A stretch of DNA of 64,000 nucleotides from an uncultured Alphaproteobacteria bacterium (lineage in GTDB: Bacteria; Pseudomonadota; Alphaproteobacteria; Rhodobacterales; Rhodobacteraceae): contig CACJUU010000009.1 in assembly GCA_902596605.1 (NCBI GenBank), positions 21,364 to 85,363 of the forward strand, written 5' to 3'. The first letter of the stretch is position 1, and each line of letters opens with the position of its first letter. A program made the translations under genes and the position numbers. The notes under the pieces are model-generated. The model worked only from the letters and a program-made list of their open reading frames with translations, was not told the origin of the DNA and did no database searches. Below, piece by piece: positions 55,801 to 64,000 of the stretch.

Positions 55801-56301
55801 AGAAGTATCAATAAGGATGGCAGACAGAAATTGACTGAGGCCTTTACTGAGGTAAATAAAACGTTTCAAACACTCTTCACTAGACTTTTTCAAGGTGGGA
55901 AGGCAGAGCTCTCATTGGTAGATAGCACAGATCCACTAGAGGCGGGTTTAGAAATAATGTGTCAACCACCAGGAAAAAAAGTTACCACAATTTCACTTCT
56001 GTCGGGAGGTGAACAAACACTAACAGCTTTAGCGTTGATTTTTGCGGTATTTCTATCAAACCCAAGTCCCATATGCTTAATGGATGAGGTTGATGCGCCT
56101 TTGGATGATGTTAACATTGAAAAATACTGTGATATTCTCGACTTTATGATTAACGAAACTAACACAAGATTTATCGTAATTACTCATAACATAATAACTA
56201 TTACTAGAATGGACAGATTGTTTGGTGTTACCATGATGGAACCAGGAGTAAGCCAATTAGTTGGGGTCGATCTCACTCGCGCAGAAGAGTTAATTAACTG
56301 A
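52846..56301 (+). CDS. smc: Chromosome segregation protein SMC
   Basis: 1151 aa. The N-terminus L.LLGFKSF...GPNGCGKSN, long coiled coils, a hinge, the C-terminal LSGGEQTLTALAL and Walker B LMDEVDAPLD are present. The start is TTG, with AGGAAG 7-8 nt upstream, because no in-frame ATG is available. Confidence 0.95.
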   Translation: MDITKLRLLGFKSFVDSTEVEILPGLTGIVGPNGCGKSNIIDAFQWLMGESRPSSMRASGMEDVIFAGVEGRSPRNFAEVTLEIDNSEQKAASEFNRHKEIEITRKITREIGSSFRLNGKEVRARDVQTLFADFSSGSNSSSLIKQGQIAELLNMKPKDRKKILEEAAGISGLYHRRHEAQLKLNGAERNLDRLRDLISQLEVQLKTIEKQAREAERYAKLSKEIRTLKGILLLKQYLSLRSDISSVDASYTENLKRLSRLETEDRELQKKIDIENENISKQKLYVEEKSEAHQNTLLERQVVLNEINLTERKANELQRQLTQSKADLQREDQLMADAESNMVDQNNLLREVDEKLHDIDEKIENEKEAIEKNNQRIQAVNESYNSLRDKLNELRAEKILNEKRKEERSSTLLDLNRYIEKLNDALEKLKSAEQHEIKKLEDLIKEQDNLKSSYQTDANKFSQKEKDFQKNQEEIAIVDNEINKLNATKAVNISELEASQGLLSKNNDQKTVFDKLEIENGFERCLDALFFSELEYPEITKRKISGWRNVLDKIDNKIKKNFSNLENLSSRIKGPDVLNYLFEHVGIVSSTEEGDKLSKMLLPGQQLITKEGDLWRWDGFVRYSTGEISKNELKVRNQKKVVEIQDSLKEIESQLGGLQNKKTILEEKTSSFGNLETEKLKISKGESNLQALEGEIARHKNQRAIASDNIISLEKKIEEETAQLKKYQDHDSGKGDPVHPDSDNNENQLLISNLEELDKQREELRTEKANFDKLTDDKNSLGERKKEIEINRSKWKAQSEIAIERKSSIQARIESLKLEIEKTSSRPGDLENSKEVIDRKMEVTSKELVNARDTLASSEGNLRKLQSRNKGLIAELGLEKENQVRLTTKKEGLADNIAELDSRINNEYNVEFDKFQVEFSNNQIKDFSQAEIETRLEKQIRFRDNLGSVNLRAEQDAKEIRDELETILTERNDVVQAIEKLNTAVRSINKDGRQKLTEAFTEVNKTFQTLFTRLFQGGKAELSLVDSTDPLEAGLEIMCQPPGKKVTTISLLSGGEQTLTALALIFAVFLSNPSPICLMDEVDAPLDDVNIEKYCDILDFMINETNTRFIVITHNIITITRMDRLFGVTMMEPGVSQLVGVDLTRAEELIN

Positions 56302-56308
56302 GGTTTTT

Positions 56309-57136
56309 ATGGAAGATGATTTCAAAAATATAGTTTCTACAGACTGGCTGGCACAACATTTAGAGGCTCCTGATATAAGAATAATAGATTCTAGCTGGTA
56401 TTTTCCGCAAGAGAAACGAAACGCAGAACAAGAATTTTTAGAATGTCACATTCCGGGGGCATTTTTTTTTGATATTGACAAAATAAAAGATAAAGACAGC
56501 GACTTACCTCACATGCTACCACCCTCGGAGATGTTCAATTCCACTGTCCGGAAACTCGGTATAGGTGATGGACATAAAGTGGTCATATACGATGGATTAG
56601 GAATGAGGTCTGCTGCTCGACTATGGTGGATGTTTAAAGTGTTTGGATACTCTGATGTAGTTGTACTTGATGGCGGATTTCCAAAGTGGGTTAAAGAAAA
56701 TAGATCGACTACAGCTGATCTAACCGAGAAAGAAATTAGACACCTGACTATCCACGAAGATAAAAGTATAGTGGCTGATAGGGATGATGTTCTGAGAGCA
56801 ACTAAACTAAATCATTGCTCAATAATTGATGCACGTTCAGAGGAGCGTTTTATGGGAACAGCGCCTGAACCAAGAAGTGGTTTGCGATCTGGATCAATAG
56901 AAAATTCAATTAATGTTCCTTATGAAACCCTATTGAATGAAGATTTTACGTTTAAAAAAAAGCAAGAGATTTTAGATATTTTTTCTAAGAAGGGTGTAGT
57001 TTTTAATAATTATATTATTACAACTTGCGGGTCAGGAGTAACTGCAGCGGTTTTATATTTAGCGTTAGACGAAATTGGCTGTTCAAAAATTTCATTATAT
57101 GATGGTTCCTGGGCGGAGTGGGGAAAAATTGATTAG
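56309..57136 (+). CDS. sseA: 3-mercaptopyruvate sulfurtransferase (tandem rhodanese)
   Basis: VSTDWLAQHL......IDSSWYFP.....EF...HIPGA.FFDID and the active-site loop CGSGVTA are present. Confidence 0.88.
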   Translation: MEDDFKNIVSTDWLAQHLEAPDIRIIDSSWYFPQEKRNAEQEFLECHIPGAFFFDIDKIKDKDSDLPHMLPPSEMFNSTVRKLGIGDGHKVVIYDGLGMRSAARLWWMFKVFGYSDVVVLDGGFPKWVKENRSTTADLTEKEIRHLTIHEDKSIVADRDDVLRATKLNHCSIIDARSEERFMGTAPEPRSGLRSGSIENSINVPYETLLNEDFTFKKKQEILDIFSKKGVVFNNYIITTCGSGVTAAVLYLALDEIGCSKISLYDGSWAEWGKID

Positions 57137-57145
57137 AAGTTTCAA

Positions 57146-57709
57146 ATGCAACATCAAGAAGCAAGCAGAATATTAAACTATACTGTCTCATTTTTGTCTT
57201 TAGAAATTAAGGATATTAAGTATTTTAAAAATGTTTTGGGTAATAATGCTATTAGCTTTCTTAAAGCAATATCACCAAATACATCATATTTTTTATATCT
57301 TTATAAGGAGGTTGGTCGAAAATATGAGTGGACCGATTGGTTGCGATCCGAAAAAAGCAAGTTGGAAAGCTTTTTGACTGACGATAACGTTATTTTATAT
57401 TCTCTCATTCTCCGAGGTGTACCTAAGGGCTTTTTTGTTCTCGATTATAGGCTTTTACCTGTTTGTGACTTAGCCTATTTTGGGTTGTTTGATGACGTAA
57501 CTGGCAAAGGCCTAGGTAAATTTATGATGAACAGAGTTTTTGAGGAAGTAATGGAGAGGGCTGATGTAAAAACATTAACTGTCAACACTAATACACTGGA
57601 CCACAAAAGTGCCCTTCCTCTTTACCAAAAAGCTGGATTTAATATATATAAAACAGAGATTCATAAGAGAAGTGCGTCGTCTCAATTGAAAAACAAGGAG
57701 TATCTATAA
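57146..57709 (+). CDS. GNAT-family N-acetyltransferase, substrate unknown
   Basis: 187 aa. LAYFGLFDDVTGKGLGKFMM is GNAT motif A, and ALPLYQKAGF is also present. Its stop directly abuts the next start. Confidence 0.7.
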   Translation: MQHQEASRILNYTVSFLSLEIKDIKYFKNVLGNNAISFLKAISPNTSYFLYLYKEVGRKYEWTDWLRSEKSKLESFLTDDNVILYSLILRGVPKGFFVLDYRLLPVCDLAYFGLFDDVTGKGLGKFMMNRVFEEVMERADVKTLTVNTNTLDHKSALPLYQKAGFNIYKTEIHKRSASSQLKNKEYL

Positions 57710-58888
57710 ATGTTCGAGCATTTAAATAGTCAACCATCAGATAAAATAATGGAGCTAATGGCTCAATACGCGGAGGATACAAGAACAAATAAGTTAGATT
57801 TGGGTGTGGGCGTTTACAAGAATGCCGAAGGAGCAACACCAATAATGAAAGCAGTAAAAAAAAGTGAAGAGATACTGCACAGATCGCAGGATAGTAAAAG
57901 TTATGTTGGCTTAATAGGTTCAATTGAATTCTCCAAAAATATAGGAGGATTAGTCTTAAATAATTCTGTAGATGACAAAAGACTCTCATTTGCTCAAGCG
58001 CCTGGAGGAACCGGGGCCTTACACCAACTTCTTCTTTTAGCAAGAGCTACAAAGAGCGTCGGTAATGTTTGGGTTTCAAATCCAAGCTGGCCCAATCACC
58101 GTGCTATTTTGAAACACTTGGGCATGAATATGAGCTCCTATTATTATTTTGATGAGACCACCTGTGAAGTGAATTTTGACAAAATGTATAAAGAACTTAA
58201 TGATATGCGTGAAAACGATATATTGTTATTGCATGGATGTTGTCACAACCCTACTGGAGCAAATTTAAGCTTGGAACAATGGGTAGAGATAACACAATTG
58301 ATTCAGGACAAAAATGTTTTACCTTTCATAGATCTTGCATATCAAGGCTTTGGAGACGGCTTAGCGAAAGATGTTGAGGGTCTAAATTATCTTGTAAAAA
58401 ATGTATCAGAGGCAATGATTGCTGTCTCGTGCTCAAAAAATTTTGGTGTTTACAGAGATAGAGTAGGCGTAGCTATTGTAGTTTCAGAGCATGCGAAACA
58501 ACATGTAGTTCAAGATAACCTTAAATCATTAAACCGGCTTACATTTTCTTTCCCCCCAGACCACGGTGCTGCAGTAGTTAATCAAATATTGCAGGATGAA
58601 ACGCTTAAGGTTCTGTGGAAAGACGAACTAGAAGAAATGCGTGTAAATATGTTGGATTTGAGAGAGAGGCTTGCATTGGAATTGCAACAAGAAACTAAAT
58701 CAGAGCGTTTCAGTTTTGTTAATAAGCATAGGGGTATGTTTTCTAAGTTAGGCTTAACTTCCGACCAAGTTGAGGTTTTAAGAAAAGATCATGGAATATA
58801 TATGGTCTCTGACAGTAGAATAAATGTAGCGGGTTTGCGTAAAGACGTGATAAATTATTTAGCAGGTGCGATTGCGAGTATTATTTAA
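57710..58888 (+). CDS. Class Ia aspartate/aromatic-amino-acid aminotransferase (AspC/TyrB type)
   Basis: 392 aa. [11 protein letters not shown]....[10 protein letters not shown] and [14 protein letters not shown] (the PLP lysine) are present. Confidence 0.88.
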   Translation: MFEHLNSQPSDKIMELMAQYAEDTRTNKLDLGVGVYKNAEGATPIMKAVKKSEEILHRSQDSKSYVGLIGSIEFSKNIGGLVLNNSVDDKRLSFAQAPGGTGALHQLLLLARATKSVGNVWVSNPSWPNHRAILKHLGMNMSSYYYFDETTCEVNFDKMYKELNDMRENDILLLHGCCHNPTGANLSLEQWVEITQLIQDKNVLPFIDLAYQGFGDGLAKDVEGLNYLVKNVSEAMIAVSCSKNFGVYRDRVGVAIVVSEHAKQHVVQDNLKSLNRLTFSFPPDHGAAVVNQILQDETLKVLWKDELEEMRVNMLDLRERLALELQQETKSERFSFVNKHRGMFSKLGLTSDQVEVLRKDHGIYMVSDSRINVAGLRKDVINYLAGAIASII

Positions 58889-58935
58889 AGCTGACGAAGA
58901 TTTGTTTAAGAACAATTATAATTAGGATTAAAGGA

Positions 58936-60882
58936 ATGAAAACAGTAGAAGGATATCAGCCCAAGGAAGAGTTTTCCAGAAAAGCGCTAATAGATAGGAC
59001 CAAATATCATGAAATGTATGCAAGTTCAGTTGAAAGTCCTGAGGCGTTTTGGGAGGAACAGGGCCGTAATCGACTGCTGTGGCAAAAAGAATTTACTAAA
59101 GTCAAAAATGTTTCATATTCCCATCCTGATATTTCTATAAAGTGGTTTGAAGATGGTGTGCTCAATGTGTCTGAAAACTGTGTAGATAGACACCTGGAAA
59201 ACAAAAGTGAAAAAGTGGCAATCTTATGGGAGGGTGATGAGCCAGGGGTTTCTAAAAAAATTACGTACAGAGAACTCTATGAAAATGTGTGTAAGGTTGG
59301 AAACGTTTTAAAGGATCGAGGCATAAAGAAAGGGGATAGAGTAATTTTGTATATGCCAATGGTTCCAGAAGCGGCTTACGCTATGTTAGCATGTGCCAGA
59401 GTGGGCGCCATACACTCCGTTGTTTTCGCAGGTTTTTCTCCAGAAGCGCTTGCGAGTCGAATTATTGATTGTGGAGCAAAAGCGGTGATTACAGCCAATG
59501 AAGCGCCACGAGGTGGAAAACAAACTCCTTTAAAGAAGAATGTTGATGAGGCTTTGGAGATATCGGGAGATATAACCTCTCTTGTTTTGAAGAGAACTTC
59601 AACAGAAGTTAGCATGAAGGAGGGACGTGATCTCTGGTTGAATGATTTAATGGATAAAGCAAGTACTGTTTGTCCTCCTGAACCTATGAATGCAGAAGAC
59701 CCGCTGTTTATACTCTATACCTCCGGCTCAACAGGAAAACCTAAGGGTGTTTTACATTCAACGGCGGGATATATTTTGTATGCTTCAATGACACATAAAT
59801 TTGTTTTTGATTATAATGATGGAGATATCTATTGGTGTACTGCTGATGTAGGTTGGGTAACTGGTCACAGCTATATAGTTTATGGACCTTTAGCAAATGG
59901 AGCAACGACTCTTATGTTTGAGGGTGTTCCTACCTATCCTGACGCATCACGATTTTGGCAAATATGTGAAAAATATAAAGTAAATCAATTTTATACGGCT
60001 CCAACAGCTATAAGAGCCTTGATGGGGCTAGGTGACGAATTTGTTAATAAAAATGATTTGTCTAGCATTCGAATTCTAGGCACGGTAGGAGAGCCTATTA
60101 ATCCTGAAGCATGGGAGTGGTATAATCGGGTAGTAGGTAAAAACAATTGCCCAATAGTCGATACGTGGTGGCAAACCGAAACAGGTGGAATTCTTATTAC
60201 ACCATTACCAGGAGCTACAACAACCAAGCCTGGTTCTGCAACTTTACCCTTTTTTGGTATTGAGCCTGCAATTCTTGACCCAAACTCTGGAGAAGAGATA
60301 TCTGATGAAGAGTGTGAAGGCGTATTGGTTATTAAGGATAGTTGGCCAGGACAAATGCGTACTGTCTTTGGAGATCACGATAGGTTTGTTTCGACGTATT
60401 TTAATGATTATAAAGGTTATTACTTTTCAGGTGATGGGTGTAGAAGGGATAAAGATGGATATTACTGGATCACTGGAAGAGTCGATGACGTTTTAAATGT
60501 GTCAGGTCATAGAATGGGAACAGCAGAAATTGAAAGTGCTTTAGTCGCTCATCCAAAAGTTAATGAGAGTGCAGTAGTCGGTTTCCCCCACCCAATTAAA
60601 GGCCAAGGGATATACGCATATGTATCTCTTATGTCCGGAGAGAAAAACTCTGATGAACTTTTGAAGGAGCTTCAGGATTGGGTTAGAAAAGAGATTGGTC
60701 CTATTGCAAAGCCTGATATTATTCAATTTTCTCCAGGTCTTCCAAAAACTAGATCAGGTAAGATAATGAGAAGGATTTTGCGAAAAATCGCTGAGGATGA
60801 TTTTAGCAATTTAGGTGATACATCTACTTTAGCAGAACCTGCTGTCGTTGATGATCTTATTACTAATCGTAAGAAGCTTTAA
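58936..60882 (+). CDS. acs: Acetyl-CoA synthetase
   Basis: 648 aa. [19 protein letters not shown] and the C-terminal [11 protein letters not shown] motif are present. Confidence 0.97.
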   Translation: MKTVEGYQPKEEFSRKALIDRTKYHEMYASSVESPEAFWEEQGRNRLLWQKEFTKVKNVSYSHPDISIKWFEDGVLNVSENCVDRHLENKSEKVAILWEGDEPGVSKKITYRELYENVCKVGNVLKDRGIKKGDRVILYMPMVPEAAYAMLACARVGAIHSVVFAGFSPEALASRIIDCGAKAVITANEAPRGGKQTPLKKNVDEALEISGDITSLVLKRTSTEVSMKEGRDLWLNDLMDKASTVCPPEPMNAEDPLFILYTSGSTGKPKGVLHSTAGYILYASMTHKFVFDYNDGDIYWCTADVGWVTGHSYIVYGPLANGATTLMFEGVPTYPDASRFWQICEKYKVNQFYTAPTAIRALMGLGDEFVNKNDLSSIRILGTVGEPINPEAWEWYNRVVGKNNCPIVDTWWQTETGGILITPLPGATTTKPGSATLPFFGIEPAILDPNSGEEISDEECEGVLVIKDSWPGQMRTVFGDHDRFVSTYFNDYKGYYFSGDGCRRDKDGYYWITGRVDDVLNVSGHRMGTAEIESALVAHPKVNESAVVGFPHPIKGQGIYAYVSLMSGEKNSDELLKELQDWVRKEIGPIAKPDIIQFSPGLPKTRSGKIMRRILRKIAEDDFSNLGDTSTLAEPAVVDDLITNRKKL

Positions 60883-60896
60883 AGTGAATTAAATTA

Positions 60897-61241
60897 ATGA
60901 GGATATCTGTGATTAAAAATTTTTTTATTATAACTTTTTGTTTATTAACAGTTGCTTGTCAAACAAATGAAACTAGTTTCGAGCAACCCAATATTACAGG
61001 GAACTACACTGGCCCAACAATCGGGAATAAGGTCAAGCTAACAGATGATGGTCAGTGTATAGCACGTAATTTGAGCTTTTTAGTGGGACAACCTGAATCA
61101 GCGCTCGGTGCAATGGAGTACCCATCCAATACCAGAATTATTTTCTTAGATAGAAATGAAAGTATTGAGAATACTAACCCTAAAAGATTGAGTATTATTG
61201 TTGGCAGTCAGAAGAAGATAGTTAGCGTCTATTGCGGTTAA
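60897..61241 (+). CDS. Small lipoprotein, peptidase-inhibitor I78-like
   Basis: Lipobox LTVAC. C.A..L.FLVGQPES.......P...RII........E...P.RL.I.V.....I..V.CG resembles the I78 family pattern. Confidence 0.55.
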   Translation: MRISVIKNFFIITFCLLTVACQTNETSFEQPNITGNYTGPTIGNKVKLTDDGQCIARNLSFLVGQPESALGAMEYPSNTRIIFLDRNESIENTNPKRLSIIVGSQKKIVSVYCG

Positions 61242-61246
61242 ACCCG

Positions 61247-64000
61247 TTAGATACTACGGCTAAAATATTCTTCTATGAATCTCTTATTGAGAAAGGGCCT
61301 TAGTAGTTTTACAGGGTGTGTAGATAGGCTTAACCGTAGAGATTGATAATCTAAAATCAATTCTTCACCTAAAGTCATATTAGGAAGATTGACGCTTTTC
61401 TCTGGCAAGTATTCCTTCTCAGAATAACCTTCAAAAAGGGCTAAAGAATTTGTTTTTTTTATAGCTTGAGCATCCCAAAGTAATAGTCTTCTGTTTTTAT
61501 TAAGAGAGTGAAAGCAATTTGCTTTAATCAGCAGCTTTATAATACTTGGGCTCAGTCTAATACGATGCCATAAATCTTGGGGATCATTATAACCATTGCC
61601 TCTCTCTTTAATGATTCTATCGACGTCATTTTTTGACAGTCCTTTGATCTGCCTGAACCCTAGTCGTAAACTAAAACAAGGTTCGCCGTGATTTTCTAGA
61701 GAATGGTTCCATTCGCTTTTGTTTATGCATATTTCTTTAACTTTTACCCCGTGATTTTTTGCATCACGTATTATTTGGGAAGCAGAGTAGAATCCCATCG
61801 GTTGAGAGTTTAGTAAAGCGCAGGCAAAAACATCAGGATAATGGTATTTTATCCAAGCCGATGCATATACAAGAATAGCGAAGCTTGCAGCATGACTTTC
61901 AGGAAATCCGTATTCACCAAACCCTGATATCTGAGAAAAGCACTTTGTAGCAAAATCCTTGTCGTATCCATTTTTTTGCATACCATCAATAAAGCTTTTT
62001 TTAAACTTACTAACAGTACCGTTTCTCTTAAACGTTGCTAATGATTTTCTCAGTCTATCAGTGTCTTTCAATGAAAATCCCGCACCTTTCATTGCAATTT
62101 GTATTGCTTGTTCTTGAAATAGTGGTATGCCAAGAGTCTTGCCAAGAATTTCTTTTAGTTTTTCAGAAGGAAAAGTAACTTTTTCTTGTCCATTTCTTCT
62201 TTTTATATAGGGATGGACCATATCTCCCTGAATTGGCCCAGGTCTGACGATGGCAACTTGTATTACCAGATCATAAAAGCATTGTGGTTTTAATCTTGGA
62301 AGGAAGTTCATTTGGGCTCTGCTTTCAACCTGAAAAACCCCTATAGTGTCTGCTTTGGAAAGCATATTAAAGACACGTGTATCTCGATGTGGAATATTGT
62401 TTAGGCTAACTTTCCGGTTATGATAGTTTTGTATTAAATCAAAAGATTTCTTTATACATGTCAGCATCCCAAGAGCTAAAATATCTATCTTTAGTATACC
62501 TAAAAAGTCTATGTCGTCTTTATCCCATGCTATTATACTTCTGCCTTCCATAGCAGTATTTTCAATAGATGTAATCTCATCCAAATAATCTTCAGTAATT
62601 ATAAAGCCACCTACATGCTGACCTAAGTGTCTAGGAAAGCCTATCAATTGGTCGCTGAGGGCCAAAGTTTCCAATATTCTAGTATGGTCATTCTTACCTT
62701 CTAAGTTTTTATTATTGTAATGAGGTATCTTATGTCTATCCCATCCAACAATATTTTCAGCCATCGAGGATATTATTTCTTTGCTTAACCCCATTACTTT
62801 GCCTACATCTCTTATCGCTCCTTTCGCTCTGTAGTGGATGACTGTAGCGCATAAGGCAGCTCTTCTATCGCCATACTTCCTGTATATTTCGTCTATTATT
62901 TCCTGTCTGCGTTCATGCTCAAAATCAATGTCAATGTCAGGGGGTTCGTTTCTTACTTCTGATATAAAGCGCTCGAATACCATAGACCCAATCTCCGGGC
63001 TAACGGATGTTACTCCCAAAGAAAAACAAACTATGGAATTAGCAGCAGAGCCACGGCCTTGGCACAAAATACCTCTACTTCTTGCAAATTTCACTATGTC
63101 ATACACTGTGAGAAAATAGGGAGCGTATTTGAGTTTTTTTATTAACAGAAGTTCTTTTTTTACTCCCTTTAATATTTTCACAGGAATATTTTTTTCATAA
63201 TATTCATTTAGTCCATTAAAGGTTAGCTCGTGTAATATTGTATCGGGGTTCTCTCCTTTGAGCACTTCTTTAGGGTATGTATAGCTGAGTTCGTCTAAAG
63301 AAAACGAACATCTATCGCTTACAAAGTTAGTGTTGTGTATCGCTTCGGGATAATCTTTGAATATAGTTGTAAAATCATAGGGTGATCGCATCCTTTGCTC
63401 TCCATTAATACTTGATTCAACTCCCAGGTCATCTATGGTGCATTTCATTTTTATTGCAGATAAAGTATCTCTGACTTTTCGTCTGGAGCCATGATGCATT
63501 AGAGGAGTAGAAGACCCTATAACTCCACACTTAGCGTTTTTTGCAAACCTATTGATTTTGTAAAAACGTATTTCATCCAGGCCATCATATTTGGGCGCCA
63601 TAACTATATATATAGATCTAATATTATTTCTCTTGAGTATTCGGATAAACCTCAACCACTCAAGCCTCTCTGAAAGGCTATGATTTTTTTCTGAAATATG
63701 AGCTAAGAATATAATGCCATCTTGGTTTTTGAGAATACTTTCATAGTCAATATGGGAGTAACCCTTCTTCGAATTCTTTTTTCCAGTAGTTAAAACTTTG
63801 CATATGTTTTTCCATCCTTGCCGTGTCTGAGCTAAGCATGTTATTTCAGTTCTATGAGTTGTGACAATAGTAACTCCTGGTATTAGTTTTAGAGGAGAGC
63901 ATTTACTTTTAGTATCATATTCGATTTCCTTTATAGTTCTAAGCCCTCTCACTATTCCAGAAATGGAGTTTTTGTCGACAATCGCTATAGATTTTAATCC
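61247..64000 (-). CDS. dnaE2: Error-prone DNA polymerase DnaE2-type (5' end beyond the right edge; C-terminal OB-fold region apparently absent)
   Basis: QGRGSAANSIVCFSLGVTSVSPE...FERFIS..RNEPPDIDIDFEHERRQEIIDEIYRKYG is present. The frame stays open upstream of the track's GTG to position 64000 (..IAIVDKNSISGIVRGLR, like the DnaE2 TD.NSLAGVVRA). The ORF ends 24 aa after ..DYQSLRLSLSTHPVKLLRP. Confidence 0.85.
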   Translation of the reverse strand, partial: GLKSIAIVDKNSISGIVRGLRTIKEIEYDTKSKCSPLKLIPGVTIVTTHRTEITCLAQTRQGWKNICKVLTTGKKNSKKGYSHIDYESILKNQDGIIFLAHISEKNHSLSERLEWLRFIRILKRNNIRSIYIVMAPKYDGLDEIRFYKINRFAKNAKCGVIGSSTPLMHHGSRRKVRDTLSAIKMKCTIDDLGVESSINGEQRMRSPYDFTTIFKDYPEAIHNTNFVSDRCSFSLDELSYTYPKEVLKGENPDTILHELTFNGLNEYYEKNIPVKILKGVKKELLLIKKLKYAPYFLTVYDIVKFARSRGILCQGRGSAANSIVCFSLGVTSVSPEIGSMVFERFISEVRNEPPDIDIDFEHERRQEIIDEIYRKYGDRRAALCATVIHYRAKGAIRDVGKVMGLSKEIISSMAENIVGWDRHKIPHYNNKNLEGKNDHTRILETLALSDQLIGFPRHLGQHVGGFIITEDYLDEITSIENTAMEGRSIIAWDKDDIDFLGILKIDILALGMLTCIKKSFDLIQNYHNRKVSLNNIPHRDTRVFNMLSKADTIGVFQVESRAQMNFLPRLKPQCFYDLVIQVAIVRPGPIQGDMVHPYIKRRNGQEKVTFPSEKLKEILGKTLGIPLFQEQAIQIAMKGAGFSLKDTDRLRKSLATFKRNGTVSKFKKSFIDGMQKNGYDKDFATKCFSQISGFGEYGFPESHAASFAILVYASAWIKYHYPDVFACALLNSQPMGFYSASQIIRDAKNHGVKVKEICINKSEWNHSLENHGEPCFSLRLGFRQIKGLSKNDVDRIIKERGNGYNDPQDLWHRIRLSPSIIKLLIKANCFHSLNKNRRLLLWDAQAIKKTNSLALFEGYSEKEYLPEKSVNLPNMTLGEELILDYQSLRLSLSTHPVKLLRPFLNKRFIEEYFSRSI

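Overview
This is a densely packed, AT-rich chromosomal segment (by eye about one-third G+C, not computed). Gene content and order indicate a streamlined Alphaproteobacterium: an F0 operon with both b and b' subunits, mdh-sucCDAB-lpd, glnD-murJ-trpS, and zf-CHCC, FYDLN_acid and TIGR02186 family proteins. I call about 60 protein genes, one tRNA-Ala(GGC) and no rRNA. I see no CRISPR array, transposase, integrase or phage gene, and no non-coding gap longer than about 150 nt. Most content is core housekeeping: polA, the ATP synthase F0 genes, a complete TCA block (lpd, sucBA, sucDC, mdh, sdhCDAB), a nucleoside ABC importer, glnD, murJ, trpS, smc, acs, dapA and smpB. I do not see a self-evident new defence or mobile system. 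Six things merit a second look. (1) Ethylmalonyl-CoA pathway genes (a CitE-like gene, mch, ecm, ccr) are placed around the sdh operon inside the TCA supercluster. (2) tsaB is broken by a frameshift exactly at an A10/T10 homopolymer that also forms a U_UUU_UUU slippery heptamer. (3) The dnaE2-type polymerase ORF stops right after the ...HP..LR motif and so lacks the C-terminal OB-fold region. (4) A tRNA lies 8 nt upstream of a DUF2794 ORF. (5) Eight of nine convergent gene junctions leave 13 nt or less, or overlap. (6) A tightly abutted FMN-reductase / hotdog-hydratase / DMT-transporter module has no assigned function. All functional calls come from reading the translated ORFs against remembered family motifs. 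No database search was run.
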